From assembly GCA_963667785.2 (NCBI GenBank), contig CAXXMU010000002.1:864001-928000 (forward strand): a stretch of DNA of 64,000 nucleotides, written 5' to 3'. Below are positions 57,090-64,000 of this stretch, piece after piece. Source of the stretch: Alphaproteobacteria bacterium. GTDB taxonomy: Bacteria > Pseudomonadota > Alphaproteobacteria > UBA828. The position numbers were made by a program, and so were the translations under genes. The first letter of the stretch is position 1. Every line of letters starts with the position of its first letter. The notes beneath the pieces were generated by a model. The model was not told the origin of the DNA. It saw nothing but the letters and a program-made list of their open reading frames with translations, and made no database searches.

Positions 57090-59482
57090 CTCTTCCGCGC
57101 CCGGTTCAGCATCCTGTGGATCGCGTCGGGCGTGAGCGGCGCCTCCCGGATCGGCGCGATGCCGAAAGGCTGCAGGGCATCCTCGACTGCCGACGCGTAG
57201 ACCTGCGCCACCGGGATGGTGCCCGCCTCGCCCACGCCCTTGACGCCGAGAGGGTTGAGCGGCGTGGGCGTTTCCGAGTGCAGGATCTCCACGTCCGGCA
57301 CCTCGGTCGCGTAGGGCATCAGGAAGTCCATGAAGTTGGCGTTGAGCGGCGTGCCGTCCTCGTCGAACTCGCAGCGCTCGTAGAAGGCGCCGCCTACGCC
57401 CTGGGCTATTCCGCCCATCACCTGGCCTTCGACGATGGTCGGGTTGATCATCCGCCCGCAGTCGTGAATGCAGACGTAGCGCCTGACCTCGATCGTGCAG
57501 AGCTCGGGGTCCACCTCGATCACCGCGGCATGGGCGCCGAAGGCCCAGGTCGCATGCGGCGGGCTGTAGTAGTCGGTCGCCTCGATCCCCGGAGTCCGGC
57601 CTTCGGCGAGCTGCGGCCCGTCGTGGCGGCTCGCCGGCGCGAACTGGGTGGCGCTGGCCGACGGCTTGTTGAAGGCGTAGCGCAGCGGGTTGGTCGCGGT
57701 CGCGATCTCCGCCAGCGTCGCCGAGCGGTCGGTCCCCATCACCCAGGCCGCGCCGTCGCGCAGCTCGATGTCCTCCTGGCTGCACTCCATCATGTTGGCG
57801 GCGGCCTCGACGATCTGGGCGCGCGCCTTCACCGCGGCCATGTGGATCGCGTTGCCGCTGCACACCGCCGCGCGGCTCGCGAAGGTGGCGACTCCCCACT
57901 CGAACGCGCCGGTGTCGCCCTCGACAACGATCACGTCGTCCACGCGCGCTCCCGTCTGCTCGGCGGCGATCTGGGCGAAGACGGTCTCGTGGCCCTGGCC
58001 CTGATCGGTGAGCCCGGTGTTGACGTAGACCTTGCCGGTGATCGGGTGGATCTTGACGTGGCCGCCCTCGTAGGGGCCGAGCCCGGTTCCCTCGACGTAG
58101 AAGCCGAGGCCGAGGCCGAGGTAGCGCCCTTCCTCGCGGGCGGCCGCCTGGGCCGCGCGAAAGCCGTCCACGTCGATGGTCCGGCAGAGCGTCTCCAGCG
58201 CCTCCTCGTAGGCGCCGCTGTCGTGGCTGACGTGCAGGCCGTCGGCGAAGATCAGCCCCTCGCGCAGATAGGGGAACTCGTCCTTGCCGATGAAATTCCG
58301 CCGCCGGACCTCGAAGCGGTCGAGACCGAGCTCGCCGGCGAGCTGATCCATGGCGCGCTCGATCGCGTAGCAGGCGTGCGGCCGGCCGCAGCCGCGATAG
58401 GGCGTCACCTGCACCGCCGGCAGGTAGACGGGGCGGAAGGTGACCCGGAAGTTCGGGATGCGGTAGGGACCGGCGATCGACGTCGCGCTCACCAGGGCGA
58501 CCGCGACCCCGTAGGGAATGAAGGCGCCGGTGTCGTGCAGGAAATCGTCCCTGAGCCCGATCACCCGGCCGTCCTTCATGGCCGCGATCTCGAGGGTGTG
58601 AATCTGCGCGCGCTCCTGCGAGGCGCCGATGAAGTTCTCGACCCTGTCCTCGATGTACTTGACCGGGCGGCCCAACTCCATCGCGGCCAGCGGCACCAGC
58701 ATTTCGTCGGGGTGGAACATCATGATCTTCTGGCCGAAGCCGCCGCCCACGTTGGGTGCGATCACCCGCACCTTGTCCTCGTCGATCCGGAAGAGCGAGG
58801 CCAGCCCGCCACGCACCGAGAGAGTCGACTGCGTGCTGTCCCACACCGTGAGCTCGCCGGTCACGGCCTCCCAGCGGGCCGCGATGGCGCGGCATTCCAG
58901 CGGCGCAGCGGTGCTGCGCTCGAGCCGGACCTCGATGCGCGTGACGTGCTCGGCCCCGGCGAACGCCGCGTCGGTATCCCCGGTCTCGACGCAGAAGCGC
59001 CCGGCTACGTTGTTGGGCACGTCCGGGTGAACGCGCGGGGCGTCGTCGCCCACCGCCTTCTCGAGGTCCATCTCGACCGGCAGGGGGTCGTAATCGATCT
59101 CGATCAGACGCACCGCGTCCTCTGCGACGTAGCGGTCGACCGCCACCACCATCGCGATGCACTGGCCGACATAGAACACGTCGTCGCGCGCGAGCGGCCG
59201 CTGCGTCTTCGGATGGGTAAGGTCGGGCGCGGGGATCAGCAGAGGCAGCGGGGCGTCGAGCGCGCCGATGTTCTCGCAGGTGTAGACCCTGACCACGCCG
59301 TCGAGGGCTTCCGCCGCGCTGACGTCGACGGAGCGGAGCTTCGCCCTCGCGACCGTGCTGCGGGCGAACGCCGCGTGCAGCGCGCCGGGCAGGTCGATAT
59401 CGTCGATGAAGCTCCCCTCGCCGCGCAGGAGAGCGGCATCGGCATTGCGCTCGATGCGTTCGCCGAACTGCCGGGTCGACAC
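57086..59482 (-). CDS. Molybdenum hydroxylase large subunit (CoxL-like; not form I CODH)
   Basis: VGGGFGQK, PYRGCGRP, QGQGHET, TFASR, GVKGVGEAG. Confidence 0.9.
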   Translation of the reverse strand: MSTRQFGERIERNADAALLRGEGSFIDDIDLPGALHAAFARSTVARAKLRSVDVSAAEALDGVVRVYTCENIGALDAPLPLLIPAPDLTHPKTQRPLARDDVFYVGQCIAMVVAVDRYVAEDAVRLIEIDYDPLPVEMDLEKAVGDDAPRVHPDVPNNVAGRFCVETGDTDAAFAGAEHVTRIEVRLERSTAAPLECRAIAARWEAVTGELTVWDSTQSTLSVRGGLASLFRIDEDKVRVIAPNVGGGFGQKIMMFHPDEMLVPLAAMELGRPVKYIEDRVENFIGASQERAQIHTLEIAAMKDGRVIGLRDDFLHDTGAFIPYGVAVALVSATSIAGPYRIPNFRVTFRPVYLPAVQVTPYRGCGRPHACYAIERAMDQLAGELGLDRFEVRRRNFIGKDEFPYLREGLIFADGLHVSHDSGAYEEALETLCRTIDVDGFRAAQAAAREEGRYLGLGLGFYVEGTGLGPYEGGHVKIHPITGKVYVNTGLTDQGQGHETVFAQIAAEQTGARVDDVIVVEGDTGAFEWGVATFASRAAVCSGNAIHMAAVKARAQIVEAAANMMECSQEDIELRDGAAWVMGTDRSATLAEIATATNPLRYAFNKPSASATQFAPASRHDGPQLAEGRTPGIEATDYYSPPHATWAFGAHAAVIEVDPELCTIEVRRYVCIHDCGRMINPTIVEGQVMGGIAQGVGGAFYERCEFDEDGTPLNANFMDFLMPYATEVPDVEILHSETPTPLNPLGVKGVGEAGTIPVAQVYASAVEDALQPFGIAPIREAPLTPDAIHRMLNRARKS

Positions 59483-59502
59483 GGTCGCTGCCCTCCCCCG
59501 CC

Positions 59503-60036
59503 TCAGCCCGCGCCGCGCATCAGCGCAGCGCTGCGCCGGAAGGCGGCCACGATGTCCTTGTAGCCCGTGCAGCGGCAGAGGTTGCCCGAGAGAACCGCGC
59601 GAATCGCGTCATCCGAAAGGTCGGGATCCTCGTTGCCCTCCAGGTAATCCACGATCGCCATGACGAAGCCCGGGGTGCAGTAGCCGCACTGCAGGCCGTG
59701 GCACTCGCGAAAGGCGCGCTGGACGGGATGAAGCGAGCCGTCCGGCGCAGCCACGCTCTCGATCGTGCGGATCTCGGCGCCGTCGGCCTGCACGGCGAAG
59801 GCGAGGCAGGACCGCCCTGCGTGTCCGTCGATGATCACCGTGCAGCACCCGCAGACGCCGTGCTCGCAGCCGACATGGGTGCCCGTGAGCCGCAGCTCGT
59901 GGCGGATGAAGTCGCTCAGCAGCATGCGCGGGCTGACCTCGCGCTCGATGCGCTCGCCGTTCACGGTCATCGACACCGCGACGCGCGGATCGGGAGACGG
60001 GCGGGTCGAGGTCCCCTGTACGATCCGTCCCGCCAT
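59503..60036 (-). CDS. Molybdenum hydroxylase 2Fe-2S subunit (CoxS-like)
   Basis: GTHVGCEHGVCGCCTV, LQCGYCTPG, NLCRCTGY. Confidence 0.93.
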   Translation of the reverse strand: MAGRIVQGTSTRPSPDPRVAVSMTVNGERIEREVSPRMLLSDFIRHELRLTGTHVGCEHGVCGCCTVIIDGHAGRSCLAFAVQADGAEIRTIESVAAPDGSLHPVQRAFRECHGLQCGYCTPGFVMAIVDYLEGNEDPDLSDDAIRAVLSGNLCRCTGYKDIVAAFRRSAALMRGAG

Positions 60037-60905
60037 CACGCCCGCCCCTGCGCCCGCCCGGCGGCCTTCGCGACGGTGCGCCGGACCAGGGCCGCCACGA
60101 GGTCCTTGCGGTAGTCGAGGCCGGCCTGGCGGTCATCGCCCGCCGTGACGCAATCGCGCGCGGCCTCGGCGGCGGCCGCCAGCGCCTCTCCCTCCGGCGG
60201 GGCGCCCAGCAGCGCGGTCTCGGCCGCGGCGAGGCGCGTCGGCTTCGAGGCGATGCCGCAGGCCGCGAGCCGCACGGCGCTGCAGGCGCCGTCCCTCAGC
60301 GTCACCAGGGCGCAGACGCCGGCGAGCGCGTAGTCGCCGTGGCGGCGCGCGACCTCCTGGAAGGCGTAGCCGGTACGGGGAGGAAGGGTCGGTATGCGCA
60401 CCTCCGTCAGCAGCTCGCCCGCCTCGAGCGCCGTCGTCATGTGAAACAGGAAGAGCTCTTCGGCGGCAATCGTCCGCTCGCCCCCAGTGCTGCGCGCCAC
60501 CGCCGAGCCGCCGGTCGCCACCAGCATGCAGGGCAGCTCAGCCGCGGCGTCGGCATGGGCGATGCTGCCGCCGACCGTGCCGCGATTGCGGATGACGATG
60601 TGCGCGACGTTGCCGAGCACCTCCGCAATCAGGGGATTCGCGCGCCGAACCGCCTCGTCGCGCTCGAGGTCCCGCTGGCGCGTCATCGCGCCCACCCTGA
60701 TGACGTCGCCCTCGACCGCATACCCGTTGAGCGCGCCGATCCTGCGCAGGTCCACCAGCGTGGACGGCGCGGCGATGCGGAAGTTCATGGTGGGAACGAG
60801 GCTCTGCCCGCCGGCCAGCGGCCGCGCCATCTCGTCGCCCGCGAGGGCCTCCAGCGCCTCCTCGACGCTGCGCGGCGCCACGTACTCGAACAGTGCAGGC
60901 TTCAC
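60036..60905 (-). CDS. Molybdenum hydroxylase FAD subunit (CoxM-like)
   Basis: MKPALFEY, LAGGQSLVP, IRNRGTVGGSIAHAD, RRHGDYA. Confidence 0.93.
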   Translation of the reverse strand: MKPALFEYVAPRSVEEALEALAGDEMARPLAGGQSLVPTMNFRIAAPSTLVDLRRIGALNGYAVEGDVIRVGAMTRQRDLERDEAVRRANPLIAEVLGNVAHIVIRNRGTVGGSIAHADAAAELPCMLVATGGSAVARSTGGERTIAAEELFLFHMTTALEAGELLTEVRIPTLPPRTGYAFQEVARRHGDYALAGVCALVTLRDGACSAVRLAACGIASKPTRLAAAETALLGAPPEGEALAAAAEAARDCVTAGDDRQAGLDYRKDLVAALVRRTVAKAAGRAQGRA

Positions 60906-61090
60906 TCCGCAGCCTCCTGGGCCGTGTCGGCGACGAGCCCCCCGGTCACCGGGGCGGTCATGGCCGCCACGACCGGACTAGAGGGCTCCACCCGGACTGA
61001 TCGAGAGACGTGGTGCAGCCCCGCCGGCCCGCGCCCGTGCTGCCGTCGGCAGCCTCGGGGCCAAGCCGGCGGGGCGATGAGTGACGATCC

Positions 61091-62395
61091 TCACGCGGCG
61101 AGGAAGCGGTTCCACTCCTTGATGAAGAGCGTGATGTTGCGCGGCCAGATCATCCAGTAGGCGATGTTCGACTGGCGCCGGAGCTTCGGCCCGGTGTCGC
61201 GCCCGCGGCCCTCGTACCACTTCAGCCACGAATCCTCGGACATGTAGTTGCGCGCGGTGTCGGGGCAAGGCGAGTAGTAGCCCTGCTCGGCGTCCGCCGC
61301 GCCGCGCCAGCCTTCGAGGCACCAGTCCATGTAGGCCATGGCGACCTCCGGCTGTTCCGCCTCGCTGGAGAGGCACATGCCGTAGTACCAGGCGCCAGTG
61401 CCCTCCCACACGTCGACGTACCAGCACGGGATGCCGCGCTTCCTCACGTCCTCGATGACCGGGTTCCAGCAGTCGATGCCCCACACCTCCTCGGAGGCGA
61501 GCAGGTTCACCGCCTCGCCGTAGTTGGTCCAGAGCGCGCGGAAGACGCCGTCCTGCTTGGCGCCGATCAGGAAGTCGATGACGTTCTTGAGCTCGTCCGG
61601 CTCGAGATCGCCATAGCCCACCGTCACCGGGTCCATCTTGCGGTTCTTCACGAGGTAGCTCGCGCAGCGAGGCGGCCCGATCAGGTCCTCGTTCTGGATC
61701 GAGACCTTGCCGCGCACGTCCACGTCGCGCCACTGGCCCTCGTAGAGCACGCCGAGGGTGTCCGGCGTGTTCCGGTCCGCCTGCGTGTCGGCGAACTTGT
61801 GGGGCAGGATGCCCAGCGCATCCATGTTGTAAATCTGCGGCAGCATCCCGAACGAGGTGCGGCTGTCATCCCAGTAGACCATCGCCACCGGCCAGCCGCT
61901 GGTGTGGTCGGCGCCGACATGGGCCGGGTCGGTGAAGAGCGTGTCGGCGAACTCCCAGTTGGTGATCTTCTCGGCCGGGATTGGCGCGATCGTCCCCGCC
62001 TCGCGCAGCGCAGGCACGCGGAAGGCGTTGGTCTCGATCATCGAGAAGGTCTCGTAGCCGCCGGTGATCCACTTCTGGACCGAATCGGCGAGGCTCGCGA
62101 CCTGGCCCGTGACCTGCAGGCCGCCGCTCATCTCCTCGAACTGCTTGAAGAAGCGCTCCTGCGCGGAGACGCCGGTGCCGATGAGCTGCATCGGCTCGTC
62201 CTGGGTGATGCCGGCGACCCGGTCGGAGAACGCGGCCTCGGCCTGGCTCGCACCCAGGCCGGCCGCCGCAACCGCGGCCGTAGCCCCCGCCGCCGCCATG
62301 AACTCGCGCCGGTCGAGCCATGCCGCCGTACGCGAGCGTTCCTCGGCCTTGTCGCAGAACTGCTCGTGTCTCTTGTCTAGGTGTCCGTCGTCCAT
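61091..62395 (-). CDS. ABC transporter solute-binding protein (PotD/AfuA-like), Tat signal
   Basis: DRREFMAAAG..AEA signal, P.IYNMDA, W..YGEAVNLLAS.EV, GYYSP, EWNRFLAA. Confidence 0.8.
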   Translation of the reverse strand: MDDGHLDKRHEQFCDKAEERSRTAAWLDRREFMAAAGATAAVAAAGLGASQAEAAFSDRVAGITQDEPMQLIGTGVSAQERFFKQFEEMSGGLQVTGQVASLADSVQKWITGGYETFSMIETNAFRVPALREAGTIAPIPAEKITNWEFADTLFTDPAHVGADHTSGWPVAMVYWDDSRTSFGMLPQIYNMDALGILPHKFADTQADRNTPDTLGVLYEGQWRDVDVRGKVSIQNEDLIGPPRCASYLVKNRKMDPVTVGYGDLEPDELKNVIDFLIGAKQDGVFRALWTNYGEAVNLLASEEVWGIDCWNPVIEDVRKRGIPCWYVDVWEGTGAWYYGMCLSSEAEQPEVAMAYMDWCLEGWRGAADAEQGYYSPCPDTARNYMSEDSWLKWYEGRGRDTGPKLRRQSNIAYWMIWPRNITLFIKEWNRFLAA

Positions 62396-62458
62396 CTCTG
62401 CCTCCCTGAGCCTGTCGAATGCTTCGGCGGCGCCCGACCTGCGCCGGGCGTCCCGTGA

Positions 62459-63217
62459 CTATTCGGCGGCAGCCCTGCCGGCCGGAGCCTCCGTGCCGAA
62501 CTGCTGCAACATCCCGGTAAAGGCCTTCTGCTCCGGGAACCTGTAGGTCTTCCACTTGCTTGTCTTGCGGCCGATCTCGACGATGCTCTCGGCCATCTTG
62601 GTGGCGCACACCACCCCGTCGAGCACCGGAATGCCGAGCTCGGCCTCCAGCCCGTCGGCGAACTCGGCGAAGCCGGCGCAGCCGAGGCAGATCGCCTCGG
62701 CATCGTCCTCGTCGCGGGCGCGGTAGCATTCCTGACGCAGCTTCTCGAGCGAGCCCTCGTAGTCCCGCTCCACGTCGAGCACATAGACCGGCGAGGTGCG
62801 CACGCTCACCCTGTGGCTGAGCCCGTAGCCGGCCACCATGTCCACCACCGGCACCCGGAAGCGCGGGATGATGGTGACGATCGCCACGCGGGCGGCGAGC
62901 TGGCACGCCATGTAGAGCGACGCTTCCGCGATCCCGATCACCGGCTTGTCGGTCATCTCGCGCGCGGCGTGCAGGCCGGGGTCGCCGTAGCAGGCGATGA
63001 TGTAGGCGTCGAAGCCCTGCTGGTCGCCCTTGCGGATCTCGTTCAGGATGCCGGGCACGCACAGGTACTCGTCGTAGAAGGATTCGATCGAGGCCGGCGC
63101 GTAGTCGGGCGTCACCGCCGCGACCTCGGTTCCCTCCCGCGCGACCGAGCGCCCCGCCACCGCGTCGGCGTCCGTCATGTCCTGCGACGAGTTGGGGTTG
63201 ATGATCATGATCTTCAT
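62459..63217 (-). CDS. Hydantoin/allantoin racemase (Asp/Glu racemase family)
   Basis: MKIMIINPNSS..MT, IACYGDPGLHAARE, ICLGCAG (two catalytic Cys), PVLDGV. Confidence 0.9.
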   Translation of the reverse strand: MKIMIINPNSSQDMTDADAVAGRSVAREGTEVAAVTPDYAPASIESFYDEYLCVPGILNEIRKGDQQGFDAYIIACYGDPGLHAAREMTDKPVIGIAEASLYMACQLAARVAIVTIIPRFRVPVVDMVAGYGLSHRVSVRTSPVYVLDVERDYEGSLEKLRQECYRARDEDDAEAICLGCAGFAEFADGLEAELGIPVLDGVVCATKMAESIVEIGRKTSKWKTYRFPEQKAFTGMLQQFGTEAPAGRAAAE

Positions 63218-63365
63218 GGTGACCGCCTCCCTGTCGCAGCCGGGACCGCACGCGTCCCATGCTGCCTGATCCCTGAGCGAAGCGTACAACCGCGCGCGCG
63301 CCCGAGTCCACAATCGCGCCGCCCGAGACTCGCGCCGTCCGCGCCGCGGGTCCGCGCGCTCCCGC

Positions 63366-64000
63366 TCAGTAGCCGCACCAGCGGCGGGCGAGGATTTCGT
63401 AGACCTCCGCCGCCTGCTCGATGTGAGCCACCGGGCAGTACTCGTCCGTCTGGTGCGCCATGTGCATCTCGCCGGGGCCCAGGATGACGGTCGGCGGCCG
63501 CCCGTAGGCGGGGCTCAGCGCGGACGCATCGGTGAAGTAGGGAGCGCCGCGCGGCTCGATCGGCTCGCCGAGGATCGGCTCCATCACCGCGTAGATCTCC
63601 TGAATCCACGGGTGGGTGTGCGGCGTGTGCACGCCGCCGCAGTCGACGATGCGGGCAATCCTGTTCTCGTCGCCCAGATACCCCTCCAGCCCGGAGAGGA
63701 TCTTCGCGTGGTCCTGCTCGGGCAGAGTCCTGATGTCGACGGTGAACTCGGCGTGGTCCGGCACCGAGTTGAGGTTGAGGCCACCCTGCATGGTGCCGAC
63801 GTTGAGGGTCGAGCGGCCGAGCAGCTCGTGGGGCATCACGTTGAAATCGAACTCCTCGAGCCTGGTCACCGAGCGCGCCGCCTTGTAGAGCGCGTTGTCG
63901 CCGTGCTCCGGCATCGAGCCGTGGGAGGTGATGCCCTCGGTCTCCACCTTGAGCCAGAGCGCCCCCTTGTGGCCGAGAATCGGGTAGTTGGAGGTGGGCT
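63366..64000 (-). CDS. M20 family metallopeptidase (ArgE/DapE-like), 5' end beyond the window
   Basis: HKGALW, SHGSMP..G.NA, NVG..QGG..N.VPD, FTDAS, GPG..AHQTDEY. Confidence 0.88.
   Translation of the reverse strand, partial: PTSNYPILGHKGALWLKVETEGITSHGSMPEHGDNALYKAARSVTRLEEFDFNVMPHELLGRSTLNVGTMQGGLNLNSVPDHAEFTVDIRTLPEQDHAKILSGLEGYLGDENRIARIVDCGGVHTPHTHPWIQEIYAVMEPILGEPIEPRGAPYFTDASALSPAYGRPPTVILGPGEMHMAHQTDEYCPVAHIEQAAEVYEILARRWCGY

Noticed and set aside
57086-60905. Aerobic CO dehydrogenase (form I)
   Set aside because: Lacks the AYxCSFR Cu-binding motif and coxDEF accessory genes.
60906-61090. Possible Moco or xanthine riboswitch upstream of coxM
   Set aside because: GC-rich hairpins (GCCCCGCCGGC..GCCGGCGGGGC) are present, but I could not match a riboswitch consensus; an Rfam cmscan would settle it.

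Overview
High-GC bacterial chromosomal segment, most likely alphaproteobacterial (short proS followed by lolE/lolC and lolD; Alphaproteobacteria-type intergenic palindromes). About 57 real CDSs; most of the long overlapping ORFs in the track are high-GC shadow frames. A small housekeeping core (proS-lolE-lolD, ubiX, ivd) sits among dense catabolic clusters: a RidA/CoA-ligase/crotonase/fused-E1 operon; an StcD-like flavoprotein, an amidohydrolase and a non-canonical enolase pair; a candidate methylated-onium (betaine/DMSP-like) catabolic cluster (Rieske oxygenase, BesD-family hydroxylase, two DddP-like M24 enzymes, Dpp-type ABC importer, GcvT-family dehydrogenase); a sugar ABC importer with an embedded two-subunit GMC dehydrogenase; HpsN-like hisD paralogue plus SDR; Rieske alpha/beta plus CmcJ/NvfI oxygenase; and a CoxMSL-like molybdenum hydroxylase with a hydantoin racemase and M20 hydrolase. 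The most unusual sequence-level signals lie around ivd: a low-GC DUF2971 islet bounded by a 130-bp duplication of the ivd 5' end that differs almost only at synonymous sites, a 10-bp-phased GGGAT array, and inverted composite palindromic elements bracketing the locus. Also seen: a two-copy multi-hairpin element, a 66-bp tandem duplication in a leader, and a DinJ-YafQ module. No rRNA, tRNA, CRISPR array, transposase or integrase was recognised. All product calls come from motif recognition only; no database searches were run.
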